From: a bacterium
Lineage (GTDB): Bacteria > Myxococcota_A > UBA9160 > SZUA-336
Assembly: GCA_024226335.1 (NCBI GenBank)
Contig: JAAELY010000266.1
Location: 9,515-73,514, forward strand
Direction of reading: 5' to 3'
DNA: 64,000 nt
Part shown: piece after piece, positions 9,962 to 19,787 of the stretch
Layout: each line of letters begins with the position of its first letter
Numbering within the stretch: position 1 is the stretch's first letter
Notes under the pieces: model-generated
The model's input: only the letters and a program-made list of their open reading frames with translations
Databases searched by the model: none
Told to the model about the DNA's origin: nothing
Made by a program: the position numbers and the translations under genes

Positions 9962-10554
9962 CCCGACAGAAGTGGGACAAGGCTTCGGCCAATTTCGATC
10001 TGATGGCTGGATACGGACCCGAAAAGCGTTGGGCTCCGCGAAAGCGAGAGTTTTTTGCGCGCATGGGGGAAGGCAAAATCCTCTTCCTCGCGGTTGGGAC
10101 GGGCCTCGATGTGCCGTTTTTTCCCAAGGGGCGTTCAATCGTGGGTATCGACATCAGTGAGGGCATGCTCGAAAAAGCCCGCGAGCGGGTCGATCAGTAC
10201 GAAGGCACGCTCGAGTTGAAGCAGATGGACGTTCACGACATGCCATATGCGGACGGCGAGTTCGATCAGGTGTTCACCTCCTGTACGTTCTGTTCTGTGC
10301 CAAACCCGGTCAAGGGTCTGGAGGCCCTGCGTCGCATCCTCAAGCCAGGTGGCGAACTCCATATGTTCGAGCACACCGGTAGTCGGTTTTTTCCCTTCAG
10401 CTTGATGATGAATCTGATGACGCCGCTCTCGCGTCGTGTCGGTCCCGAGATGAACCGGCCTACCGTGAGGAACGTGGTGGAGGCCGGTTTTACGCTCGAC
10501 GAAGTCGTTCACATCTATCTCGACGTGGTGAAGATCATCCGCGCACACGCCTGA
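9949..10554 (+). CDS. Class I SAM-dependent methyltransferase
   Basis: LFLAVGTG motif I, GIDISEGML, LKPGG. Confidence 0.9.
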   Translation: MDDVTRQKWDKASANFDLMAGYGPEKRWAPRKREFFARMGEGKILFLAVGTGLDVPFFPKGRSIVGIDISEGMLEKARERVDQYEGTLELKQMDVHDMPYADGEFDQVFTSCTFCSVPNPVKGLEALRRILKPGGELHMFEHTGSRFFPFSLMMNLMTPLSRRVGPEMNRPTVRNVVEAGFTLDEVVHIYLDVVKIIRAHA

Positions 10555-10635
10555 TACGGGTTTCACCGCTCGCGCGACGAGGGCTCAGGGTCGTGACACC
10601 ACTATTCGGATCACCATCCAGCGGGAGGAACGGAG

Positions 10636-11238
10636 TTGGAACTCGAAGTTTTGCAAAAGGCGATCAAGGGATTTCTGCCCGGATTGCTGGGCATCAGCCT
10701 GGATCAGGCGAACCAGGACGGTGTGAAAGGGAGCCTTCCGGTTCGCGACGACCTGTGCACCCTGCCGGGCATCTTGCACGGCGGTGCGATCATGGCGTTT
10801 GCCGATACGCTCGGCGCGTTCGCGGCTGCCATCAATCTTCCGCCGGGTGCATCGACGACCACGATCGAGTCGAAGACCAACTTCCTGGCGGCCGGTCGGG
10901 CGGGAACGACGGTGACGGGTGAGTGCACGGCGCTGCACCTCGGTCGCCGAACCATGGTCTGGCAGACGCGCGTCACCAACCCCGACGGACGCCTGATCGC
11001 GCTGGTCACCCAGACACAGGCGGTGCTCGAGCCTCGACTCTCTCCCGAGCAGACCATGGCGTCGCTGTTCGACGGCAAGGAGGCCGGGGAGCAGAAGGAG
11101 TTACTGGCCAAGCTGGAGCGTTCTGGTGCCGCGGTGTATCGCGCCCTGGCGGAGGACGAAAGTGATCCGCAGATCCGCGCGAAACTACTGGAGGCGGCCG
11201 AGCGCGAGGAAGAGAACGCCCGCGTGCTGGAGGGGTGA
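10636..11238 (+). CDS. PaaI-family hotdog thioesterase with C-terminal ferritin-like helical extension
   Basis: LHGGAIMAFADTLG, TTIESKTNF; extra ~65-aa tail ERSGAAVYRALA...AEREEENA. Confidence 0.85.
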   Translation: MELEVLQKAIKGFLPGLLGISLDQANQDGVKGSLPVRDDLCTLPGILHGGAIMAFADTLGAFAAAINLPPGASTTTIESKTNFLAAGRAGTTVTGECTALHLGRRTMVWQTRVTNPDGRLIALVTQTQAVLEPRLSPEQTMASLFDGKEAGEQKELLAKLERSGAAVYRALAEDESDPQIRAKLLEAAEREEENARVLEG

Positions 11239-11250
11239 GGCGAAGCGCGC

Positions 11251-12027
11251 CTATTTTTCCGGAAGCTTGAAGAGAGCGCGCATTTCAGGACTGTTGCGAG
11301 CAAGGGCAATCAGGTCGCCGTCGGTTTCGGACTCGTCACCCAGCGCAGCCCTGCGCGCGTAGCCTCGCAGTTGCGTCTTGGTCATGTGCACCGCGAGTTC
11401 CGGTTTGTCGAGCAGTTCGCCGACCCAGGCCGCGACTTCGTTGTCGAGATCGTCCTCATCCACGCAGCCGTGAACCATGCCCCAGTGCAGGGCCTTTTCT
11501 GCATCGATGTCGCGACACAGGAGCAGAAGCTCGCGCGTGCGGGCCGCGCCGATTTCGTGAATCAGTCGCGGTGTCGCCGCCCAGGTCAGCGGTACGCCCA
11601 GGGCGACCTCGGGCACGCGGAAGATTGCAGAGCGGGATGCGATGCGGAAATCACAGGAGAGTGCGAAACACGAACCTCCGCCGATGGCATGTCCGTGGAC
11701 GCGCGCAACGGTCACCGCTTCACAGTCTTCGATTGCGCGACACGCGCGACGGCCCAGTTGCCCCAACCAGCGTCGCTCACGCTCGCTCTGCGCCTCGAGC
11801 GGATTGCTGAAGGAGTCGTCGGGCTTTCGGTCCGCACCGGCGCAGAACGACTTTCCGCGGCCACCCAGAACCACTACGCGGGTCTCGAAGTCGGTTTCCA
11901 GAGAGACGAAGAGATCGCCGACTTCGCGAAGCATGCGCGTGTTGACCGCGTTGCGCCGTTCGGGGCGGTTGAGCCAGACCCGCAGCAACGGGCCTTCGCG
12001 TTCGATCTCGAGGGTTTCGTAGTTCAT
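11251..12027 (-). CDS. Enoyl-CoA hydratase/isomerase
   Basis: LNRPERRNA, FCAGAD, GHAIGGG, PEVALG. Confidence 0.92.
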   Translation of the reverse strand: MNYETLEIEREGPLLRVWLNRPERRNAVNTRMLREVGDLFVSLETDFETRVVVLGGRGKSFCAGADRKPDDSFSNPLEAQSERERRWLGQLGRRACRAIEDCEAVTVARVHGHAIGGGSCFALSCDFRIASRSAIFRVPEVALGVPLTWAATPRLIHEIGAARTRELLLLCRDIDAEKALHWGMVHGCVDEDDLDNEVAAWVGELLDKPELAVHMTKTQLRGYARRAALGDESETDGDLIALARNSPEMRALFKLPEK

Positions 12028-12088
12028 GGGACGGCTCCTGCTCGGAGTCGTATCCTACACTCCCGGAGGGGTCGAATCGTCTGCGGAG

Positions 12089-12517
12089 TCAGCCGGTGGG
12101 TTTGAGGACCGCGAGCAGTACGATGGCGATCAGGAAGAATGTCGGCACCTCATTGAGCATGCGGCACTGGCGTCCGCTCAGGAAGAGGTCGTCCGCTGCG
12201 AAACGCTTGCGCACGTGTCCCACCCATAAGTGGTATCCCGTCAGCCCAGCGACGAGCGCGAGCTTGATCAGGACCCAGGGTAGAGTCAGGAAACCGGGAG
12301 TGTTGGCCAGCATCAGCAGGCCGAAACTCCAGGTGGCGATGATCGCCGGGGTCATGATGAGTTTCCACAGGCGCTCAGACGCGTGTTTCAACACCCGCAC
12401 CGCCTGCGGATGTTCGCGGTTCTCGGCCTGATACACGAACAGACGGAAGATGTAGAAGAGGCCCGCGAACCAGGCCACCATCGCAATCAGGTGAAGAGCT
12501 TTTAGCCAGAGGTGCAT
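12089..12517 (-). CDS. hemJ: Protoporphyrinogen IX oxidase HemJ
   Basis: WLKALHLIAMVAWFAGLFY...RLFVY, RMLNEVPT, VLKP C-terminus. Confidence 0.85.
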   Translation of the reverse strand: MHLWLKALHLIAMVAWFAGLFYIFRLFVYQAENREHPQAVRVLKHASERLWKLIMTPAIIATWSFGLLMLANTPGFLTLPWVLIKLALVAGLTGYHLWVGHVRKRFAADDLFLSGRQCRMLNEVPTFFLIAIVLLAVLKPTG

Positions 12518-12569
12518 CGCGCTAGGGTCGCAGCGCGAAACCTCTCGTCAAGCCCGGCAGCGCGTCCGG

Positions 12570-13211
12570 CTACTTCTTGTCGTTCCCGTTTTGCATCGAA
12601 GCGATCCCCCGGCCGCGGGAGCGAACATCCGCGGCTTCGTCCGTGCGCCCAAGAGCGTCGAGGGCTTTCGCGGCATCGCGGTAGGAATCGTAGTAGTCCG
12701 GGTCCTTTTTCAGGGCCAGCTTGAACCACTTGAGGGCTTCTTCGTTCTTGCCGCGATACAGATAGATCGCGCCCAGGTCGTGAATCGCACGCGCGTACTC
12801 GGGATCGATCTGCACTGCGCGATTGACGTGCTTCAATGCCTTTTCCTGTTCGCCCGTGTTCATCAGGGCGATGCCCAGATTGTGGTGGGTGACCGGATCA
12901 TCGGGTGCGCTGGTCAACGCGATCCGGTAGGAATCGACGGCTTCCGTGAAGCGGCCCTTCGCAGCCAGGGTCTCTCCGATCCGCGGATCCATTGTGACGG
13001 CGTGCTCAAACAGCTGTTTGGCGGCCGCCGCGTCACCGCTCTTCTTCTTTTCGATTCCCATTTCGTAGACCGCCATGGGGTCGTCTGGAAGATCGGCCTG
13101 GAGCTCAGACGCGTTGGAGCAGGCGAGCGGAATCGCCAGCAGCGAGATGATGATCCACGACTGGAGGAACGTTTCGAACGGCTTGTATGCGATCGGCTTT
13201 GAAACAAACAT
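12570..13211 (-). CDS. TPR-repeat lipoprotein
   Basis: Lipobox-like IPLAC; repeated HHNLGIAL/HDLGAIY TPR helices. Confidence 0.8.
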   Translation of the reverse strand: MFVSKPIAYKPFETFLQSWIIISLLAIPLACSNASELQADLPDDPMAVYEMGIEKKKSGDAAAAKQLFEHAVTMDPRIGETLAAKGRFTEAVDSYRIALTSAPDDPVTHHNLGIALMNTGEQEKALKHVNRAVQIDPEYARAIHDLGAIYLYRGKNEEALKWFKLALKKDPDYYDSYRDAAKALDALGRTDEAADVRSRGRGIASMQNGNDKK

Positions 13212-13488
13212 GTCGGAAATCTACCGGAGTCCCGATTGCTGGCAAGGCGAGAACTCGGTCCTTTCCGTCAGCTTTATCGCGGAGTGTCAGGGGTGACGCG
13301 AGTGTCCGCGGTCGTGGCGGAACTGACGTCTCGCGGATCCTAAAGACCCGTTCGCAAGAGGATTTCCGCGGGACAATTCTGTCGCCGTTCGGCCAGGTCC
13401 AGGCTCGGTTTTTCTGCAAATCAAACGCGATTGAGTCTGACTCCGGGTCCGGGTAGGCTGGGCCCGAACTTTCCAGGAGGGCCGTGGA

Positions 13489-13791
13489 TTGATCGTAGTT
13501 GCCGGAAGGATCCAACTGGATCCCGCAAATCGAGAGCAGGCCGTTGCCGCCGCGGTCGAGATGATGCGCGAGACCCGGAAAGAAGCCGGGTGCATCTCCT
13601 ACACCTTTTCGACAGATCTTTCCGATCCCGGCGAGTTTCACATCTTCGAGGAATGGGAGTCGCAACAGGCGCTCGACGCTCATCTGGCTTCTCCTCATAT
13701 GGCGGTTTTCCAGCAGACCTTCGGAGGTTTTGGGATTACCGCGATGGACGTGCAGAAGTACCAGGTGTCCTCGGTCGGACCCATTCACTGA
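13489..13791 (+). CDS. Antibiotic biosynthesis monooxygenase / putative quinol monooxygenase
   Basis: EAGCISYTF, FEEWESQQALDAHLASPHM; GGAGG RBS. Confidence 0.88.
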   Translation: MIVVAGRIQLDPANREQAVAAAVEMMRETRKEAGCISYTFSTDLSDPGEFHIFEEWESQQALDAHLASPHMAVFQQTFGGFGITAMDVQKYQVSSVGPIH

Positions 13792-13838
13792 GGGGATCGC
13801 TTCACTGACCTGTCGGGTCGATAGATAGAATGCCGTAA

Positions 13839-15437
13839 ATGGAATTCACTGATTTCGTCCTGCTCGTGACCTTCGGGTTGCTGCTCGTGATGATGATTGC
13901 GCCGGTCCTTGTTCTGGCGGCGCTGTACTGGTCCGATCGCCGTCAAGCCCAACACGCCGTGCTGCGGAACTTTCCGCTGCTCGGCCGCCTGCGCTATTTC
14001 CTCGAGCACCTCGGGCCCGAGTTGCGCCAGTACCTGTTCGATGCAGACCGTGAGGGCAAACCGTTTTCCCGCGATCAGTATCTGAGCGTCGTTTTCTCGG
14101 GCAAGTACCTCAAGAGCCTGATCGGATTCGGATCCAAGCGAGACTTCGAAAAGCCCGGCTGGTACTTGCGCAATACTCTTCTGCCCGTGCTCATGGATGA
14201 AATGGCGGTAGTGCGTCAACCCCGCATCGAAACCCGCACCTATCAGATCGATGAGGAGGGACTCTTCCGGCGCAGCGAACGCATGGTGAGTGATCAGATC
14301 TCTCCATGGAGATTGAGCGATGATTTCGCGCCGGTGATAGGGGAAGGCCTGCCTCACCCGTGGAAACTTCGCGGACTGATCGGCATGAGCGGCATGTCGT
14401 ACGGTGCACTCGGTCGCAATGCGATCCTCGCCATCAGCAAGGGTGTGGGCAGGGCGACGGGTAGCTGGATCAACACCGGCGAAGGTGGGCTTTCTCCGCA
14501 CCATCTCGCGGGCGGTGGCGATATCGTGTTTCAAATCGGCCCGGGTCTTTTCGGAGTGCGAACTCAGGCGGGCGAATGGGACTGGGATCTGTTCGCTGAG
14601 CAGGCCGCTCGGTCGCAAGTTCGCGGTTTCGAGCTGAAGTTTCACCAGGGAGCCAAGATTCGCGGCGGCCACGTCGAGGGTGTGAAGGTAACGTCGGAGA
14701 TCGCGGGGATCCGCAGAGTCCCGGTAGGCAAGACGATCGACTCTCCCAATCGTTTCACCATGCTGGCCTCGATCGACGAGACCCTCGACTGGATTGCGCG
14801 AATGCGACAGGAGGGCGGAAAACCCGTTGGCCTGAAGATCGTGGTCGGCGGACCCGGAGCCTGTGATCCACTGGCACAGGCGATGGCGCGTCGAGGAGAT
14901 GGACCGGATTGGATCACCGTCGATGGTGGTGAGGGGGGCTCCGGTGCTTCCTACCAGGAGATGGCCGAGACGATGGGGCTCCCTGTGCGTTCGGGAATCG
15001 TCGCTCTCGACGACGCACTGCGACGCGCGGGCGTGCGCGAACGAGTCAAGGTCTTCGCTTCAGGGATGTTGCTTTCCCCCGATCGCATCGCATTGGCGTT
15101 GTGTCTCGGTGCCGATGCTGTCAACATCGCACGCGCCTTGATGATTTCGGTGGGCTGCATCCAGGCACAGAAGTGCCACACCAATACCTGCCCCGTAGGT
15201 GTTGCAACCACAGATGAGAACCTGATGACCGCGCTTGTCGTCGAAGAGAAATGCTATCGCGTGTTGAACTACGTCGTCACGATGCGTGCGGGCTTGACCT
15301 CTCTGGCCGCTGCCGCCGGGATCCACTCACCCACGCAGTTCGAACGCAAGCACGCCGTCTATCGCGATGCCTTCGGCCGTGTCTACGCCGCCGATGAGTT
15401 GTTTCCCCTCCCGGAAACGAGTGAACGAATAACGTGA
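13839..15437 (+). CDS. FMN-binding glutamate synthase family protein
   Basis: N-terminal TM, MSYGALG, NTGEGG, DGGEGGSGA, CIQAQKCHTNTCPVG 3Fe-4S motif. Confidence 0.92.
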   Translation: MEFTDFVLLVTFGLLLVMMIAPVLVLAALYWSDRRQAQHAVLRNFPLLGRLRYFLEHLGPELRQYLFDADREGKPFSRDQYLSVVFSGKYLKSLIGFGSKRDFEKPGWYLRNTLLPVLMDEMAVVRQPRIETRTYQIDEEGLFRRSERMVSDQISPWRLSDDFAPVIGEGLPHPWKLRGLIGMSGMSYGALGRNAILAISKGVGRATGSWINTGEGGLSPHHLAGGGDIVFQIGPGLFGVRTQAGEWDWDLFAEQAARSQVRGFELKFHQGAKIRGGHVEGVKVTSEIAGIRRVPVGKTIDSPNRFTMLASIDETLDWIARMRQEGGKPVGLKIVVGGPGACDPLAQAMARRGDGPDWITVDGGEGGSGASYQEMAETMGLPVRSGIVALDDALRRAGVRERVKVFASGMLLSPDRIALALCLGADAVNIARALMISVGCIQAQKCHTNTCPVGVATTDENLMTALVVEEKCYRVLNYVVTMRAGLTSLAAAAGIHSPTQFERKHAVYRDAFGRVYAADELFPLPETSERIT

Positions 15438-16486
15438 GGCGCTGGCTTCTTTGCCTACTGGGACTGCCTGCTGCGCTGATCGCGTGTCTGATCGCAGGGA
15501 TCCTGGCGTATGCGCTGTGGCAGGATCGCGACCTCCCCGGCCTGTGGCGTTCCTTCGGCCGGGACGACCGACCCTTCACGGTTGATCCTGATTCACTCGA
15601 TCGCGCAGCATTCGCCGATCCTGTTTTCGTGGGTACCCTGGGAAGTCCACAGATTTCCGAGGCCAGCGGGCTCGCAGCTTCAAGTCGACGCGACGATCTG
15701 CTCTGGGTTCTCAACGACGGAGGCCATCCTGCTCGCCTGTACCCGATTGCCCTGAACGGAAGCGACCGCGGTTCGTTTGTATTGCCTGAAGAAGTTCACT
15801 GGAACGAGGACTGGGAGGACCTGACTTCCTTCGTGTGGCAAGGCCGGTCCTACCTGATGATCGGAGACGTCGGTGACAACTTCGCCTGGCACCGAACGCG
15901 CCGTCTGATCGTGGTCGAAGAGCCGGAACTCTCGCAGTCCGCCGCCGACTGGGCAGCGCCGGTCGAAGTCGCCTGGAGCTTCGAGTTCCGTTACGAAGAC
16001 GGGCCCCGGGATTGCGAGAGCATCGCGGTCGATCCGGCGAGCGAGCGCGTGCTCCTGCTCGAGAAGGCCGAACCCCCCATGACGGTCTATGAGCTTCCAC
16101 TTCGCTCCTCTGGCAGTGAACCTGAAGTCGCTCGAGCGATCGCCGTCGTGGACACGATTCCGCAACCCACGCGAATCGATCGCAAGATGCACGGATTTCG
16201 CGGGGACTGGCTCTCGCGACCCACGGCGCTCGATGTGTCTCCGGACGGGCGAGAGGCCGTCGTGCTGACCTACAAGTACGCCTATCGCTACACGAGAGCT
16301 GAGGGTGAGGCCTGGTCGACGGCTTTCGCACGAGTGCCCGAGTTCATCATCGTGCCGCCGACGCGACAGGCCGAGGCTATGAGTTTCGATCGCACCGGGC
16401 GTTCCCTGTACGTGACGAGTGAACAGCAGCCTTCTCCATTGTTTCGCATCGACCGGGTTTCTCCCCATTCCGGTCAACCCCAATAA
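15434..16486 (+). CDS. Membrane-anchored beta-propeller-like hypothetical protein
   Basis: N-terminal TM; EASGLAAS...NDGG, DWEDL, IGDVGDN, DCESI repeats; GTGA overlap with upstream stop. Confidence 0.75.
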   Translation: MRRWLLCLLGLPAALIACLIAGILAYALWQDRDLPGLWRSFGRDDRPFTVDPDSLDRAAFADPVFVGTLGSPQISEASGLAASSRRDDLLWVLNDGGHPARLYPIALNGSDRGSFVLPEEVHWNEDWEDLTSFVWQGRSYLMIGDVGDNFAWHRTRRLIVVEEPELSQSAADWAAPVEVAWSFEFRYEDGPRDCESIAVDPASERVLLLEKAEPPMTVYELPLRSSGSEPEVARAIAVVDTIPQPTRIDRKMHGFRGDWLSRPTALDVSPDGREAVVLTYKYAYRYTRAEGEAWSTAFARVPEFIIVPPTRQAEAMSFDRTGRSLYVTSEQQPSPLFRIDRVSPHSGQPQ

Positions 16487-16526
16487 GCCGCGACAGTGTC
16501 TAACGCTCAAGCGAGAGGAAGTTCAG

Positions 16527-17375
16527 ATGATGGAATCCGTTGACCGCGTTCAGATCGCGGTGAGCGATCGAGCCGCGACTGCGCACTGCTGGAAAACCCT
16601 GCTCGGTGCTGAGATCGTGCGTGAGGACAAGGTTCAGGTGCTCGCTGCGCGTCGAACCGTGCTCGCGGCCGGAACGAGCGAGGTGGAACTCCTCGAGCCA
16701 GACGGCCACGGGGCGATCGCGAATTTCCTTTCCGCTGTCGGCGGCCCCGGACTCTACGCTGCGGGTTTTGAAAGCGATGATTTCGATGCGCTGAGAGCCA
16801 GCCTCAAGAAGGCTGGAGCTGCGCTCGCGGAGGAGGGGGGACAGATCTTTCTTGCCGAGGCCGCGCTCGGGATTCCCGGACTCAATGTCGTCGTGAGCCC
16901 CGTCCAATCGCGCGCACCCGTGGGGCTCCTGAAGTGTCTCTACGAAGTGACCCTTCTGGTCGCGGATGCGCGCGGCAGCACCGCTGCGATTGCGGATTGC
17001 TTCGGGCTCGACAGCCGCCACTTCGTCGCGATCGACTCGGAGGCCTATGGCTATCGCGGCAGCTTGACTCTGTTCGATCCCGATCGCCTGGACCGCGTCG
17101 AGGTGATCCACCCGCACGATCGCACGAAGACCATGGGCCGCTTCTTCCAAAAACGCGGTCCCTGCCTCTACATGTGCTACGCCGAGACCGAGCGAAGCAC
17201 GGAAATCCGCGATCGTGCACTCGAACACGCGTCTTCGGACTGGACCGGCCCCGAGGCGGGTCGCCCCGACGGTCTGTACTTGCATCCGAAGGCTCTGGGT
17301 GGAGTCATGCTGGGTGTCAGCCGTACGAGTTTCGCCTGGAGTTGGTCGGGGTCCCCGGAGCGAATCGAGCCCTGA
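16527..17375 (+). CDS. VOC/glyoxalase-fold protein (two domains)
   Basis: VDRVQIAV...VELLEP...GPGLY and a second LYEVTLLV...VEVIHP; LHPKALGGV. Confidence 0.7.
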   Translation: MMESVDRVQIAVSDRAATAHCWKTLLGAEIVREDKVQVLAARRTVLAAGTSEVELLEPDGHGAIANFLSAVGGPGLYAAGFESDDFDALRASLKKAGAALAEEGGQIFLAEAALGIPGLNVVVSPVQSRAPVGLLKCLYEVTLLVADARGSTAAIADCFGLDSRHFVAIDSEAYGYRGSLTLFDPDRLDRVEVIHPHDRTKTMGRFFQKRGPCLYMCYAETERSTEIRDRALEHASSDWTGPEAGRPDGLYLHPKALGGVMLGVSRTSFAWSWSGSPERIEP

Positions 17376-17414
17376 CCGCGCGCAGACGTTCGTGGGTTTG
17401 TCTATGCTCGGGTA

Positions 17415-18071
17415 ATGGGAGTATCCGCTTCGCAAAAGACGCTTCGATTTCTTCTCCTGTATCTGCTTTTGGGTGGCTGCGTTTTTCCCCAAGCACCCCC
17501 GCGCGAAGCGGCGCGCTCTGTCTCTACGACCCGGAAGGCCGAAACGCCTCTGCCATCTCCAGAAGATGAAGCGCGTGCGGAGAGGCAGCGGGCGGCGCTC
17601 GAATCGGGCATCGGCTCTTTGACACATGCAAGTGTCGGGTATTACATGGACTTGCAGGAGAGCCGCATGCGCAAAAGGCTCAACGATACGGGTGTGAGTC
17701 TGCGCCGCGTGGACAATCGTCTCAAGCTCGTGTTGCCGGGGAATCTGACTTTCAAGGTCGGTCAATCCACTCTCAATCCATCGTTCCGCGAAGTGCTCGG
17801 TACTGTGGCCGATCTGCTGAAGTTCTACGAGAAGACGTTGATAGAGATCAGCGGTCACAGTGACAGTTCCGGCGGGCCAGCGATGAACGAACGCCTCTCG
17901 CTGCAACGCGCGCAGACCGTCGCGGTTTTTCTCGTGGAGCGTGGCGTTCAAACCATGCGGATCTACAGCCAGGGAATCGCGGACCGTCTACCCATTGCGA
18001 GCAATGACTCCAAGGAGGGAAGGGCGCTCAATAGAAGGGTAGAGCTTTTTCTCGTGCCACTGGTGGAGTAG
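17415..18071 (+). CDS. OmpA-family peptidoglycan-binding lipoprotein
   Basis: Lipobox LLGGC; GHSDSSG...NERLSLQRA...NRRVEL. Confidence 0.9.
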   Translation: MGVSASQKTLRFLLLYLLLGGCVFPQAPPREAARSVSTTRKAETPLPSPEDEARAERQRAALESGIGSLTHASVGYYMDLQESRMRKRLNDTGVSLRRVDNRLKLVLPGNLTFKVGQSTLNPSFREVLGTVADLLKFYEKTLIEISGHSDSSGGPAMNERLSLQRAQTVAVFLVERGVQTMRIYSQGIADRLPIASNDSKEGRALNRRVELFLVPLVE

Positions 18072-18102
18072 AATCAGTCGATCCCATTGGAGATCCGAAT
18101 CC

Positions 18103-18531
18103 ATGAGAACAACACGCCCTTCGCAGCTCACTCAACGCAATCGGCGAACGCCAGGTGCGAAAACTATTTCGCACCTGGTTCCACTTCTGATCGTGGCCTG
18201 TTTCGCCTTCTGGCTGCCGCGAGATGCAAGCGCTTCCGATGAGTTCGAGCACGGGTTCAAACACGAACTCGGACGCATCGCGGCTCACGAAGCCGTGGGG
18301 ATCGGGCGTGCTCTGATCGGCGCAATCTTCGGCCACGGCTCTCACGAGCACCGCGGAAGCCACGGTCACGAGGATTCGCACTGCGAACACGATCACCATG
18401 CCTGCTCGCATTGCGATCACCACCACTACGGCGGGCGCCACCACGGTCACGCGGGACGGTACTACGGGAGCGTCCGCTACCGACACGAGCATTCCCGGTC
18501 CCATACATCTCGTGGACGCCACTGGGACTGA
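18103..18531 (+). CDS. Secreted His-rich hypothetical protein
   Basis: Signal peptide ending ASA; 20 His in the last 65 aa; GGAG RBS. Confidence 0.65.
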   Translation: MRTTRPSQLTQRNRRTPGAKTISHLVPLLIVACFAFWLPRDASASDEFEHGFKHELGRIAAHEAVGIGRALIGAIFGHGSHEHRGSHGHEDSHCEHDHHACSHCDHHHYGGRHHGHAGRYYGSVRYRHEHSRSHTSRGRHWD

Positions 18532-18573
18532 TCTTTTCCGTCCGAGCGGCGCTCGCCCCGACGGGGGTGAGCC

Positions 18574-19638
18574 TTAGCAGCAGCTGGGTCCTTCGTTGCT
18601 TTCGTCGGTATACGCGTCGTGAAAATGGCCGCGATCGACGAACACTTCCCGTTCGGCGGCCAGGGCGAGTGTGCGCTGAACATCGATGATGTGCGGACCG
18701 TCTCGGAGCACGGACAGACGCGCGCACTGGCCTTCGACCAGGCTTCGGGAACGGTCTCCGTCGAACGCCAGTACTGCGGGACCGTGCGCTGTGATGGCTT
18801 CGCCCAGTTCGAGTGACTGTGAATGGCGGACCCGAGCAGTTCGGTACAGACCCGGCGAGATCGGGACCAGTAGATCTCGACCTTCGCTTTCTGGATCACC
18901 ACACTCGACCAACACGCCGAAGTCGTCGTCGAAGCCGCAGGGGTGCAGGAGTCCGCCGATCGGCGATACACCCACCGCTCCGGGTTCAGCGCGCGCCAGG
19001 ACGATTTGTTGCATCCTGGCGGGGTCAAAAGGCAAGAAGCTCCCGAGTCGATCACCGACGAGGACGACTGCGTCAATCAACGCCAGGTCATCGTCCTCGC
19101 CATCGATCTGTACGTGGACGCGTTTCGCTCGGCGCGAAACTTCTTCCAGCGCGACATTGCCAGAGGCGACCAGTCCAGCGGCGGCGCCAGCAGTGGTTGC
19201 CTCGCACATCATCGGAAACACGTTGTTGGTTCCGGTCGACAGCGGGACCATGGGTGCGTCGGGCCACGCCTGAGTCACGACACGATGCGTGCCGTCGCCG
19301 CCCAGAACCAGTAATGCGCCACAGTCTGCTGCGCGCATGGCATGGACCGCTCGGACTGTGTCAGCGGCTTCGAGCCGCGCATCGACGTCGAGCACCTCGA
19401 TCTTGGCATCGAGTCTCAGATTCTCGACGGCGCTCGTCGAGATGCGAAACGGTTCCCGCAGCACGATCACGTGCTGCGCTCCTCCCGCGACCGCACCGAC
19501 GACTGCGCGTGCGACCTGATCTCGTTTGGCCTCGTGCGTGGTGGTACTGGCGCGCGCGACCATGCGTCGAACGTCGCGACCGGACAGTGGATTTGCCAGG
19601 ATCGCTACGGGTTTCGGCTGAGCAGGAGAGGATTTCAT
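18574..19638 (-). CDS. ATP-NAD kinase / AcoX-like protein
   Basis: ILANPLSGRDVRR, LGGDGT, STGTNNVFP, AFDGDR. Confidence 0.85.
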   Translation of the reverse strand: MKSSPAQPKPVAILANPLSGRDVRRMVARASTTTHEAKRDQVARAVVGAVAGGAQHVIVLREPFRISTSAVENLRLDAKIEVLDVDARLEAADTVRAVHAMRAADCGALLVLGGDGTHRVVTQAWPDAPMVPLSTGTNNVFPMMCEATTAGAAAGLVASGNVALEEVSRRAKRVHVQIDGEDDDLALIDAVVLVGDRLGSFLPFDPARMQQIVLARAEPGAVGVSPIGGLLHPCGFDDDFGVLVECGDPESEGRDLLVPISPGLYRTARVRHSQSLELGEAITAHGPAVLAFDGDRSRSLVEGQCARLSVLRDGPHIIDVQRTLALAAEREVFVDRGHFHDAYTDESNEGPSCC

Positions 19639-19787
19639 TGCTGGGAGTCTACCGCGATCGGCCCGGCTGGCGTGGATTTCCCGGCCTGGGCAGTCTCTGC
19701 AGATTCCACCCGAAGTCCGTAGCTGCACCGGCTTCCAGGGCGAAGAATGGGCTATACAATCAGCGGGGACCTGCTCGCGAAGGGAGC

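Noticed and set aside
18813..19787. Apparent 631-aa USP fusion
   Set aside because: Upstream part is the antisense shadow of the NAD-kinase-like gene; USP starts at 19788 after an RBS
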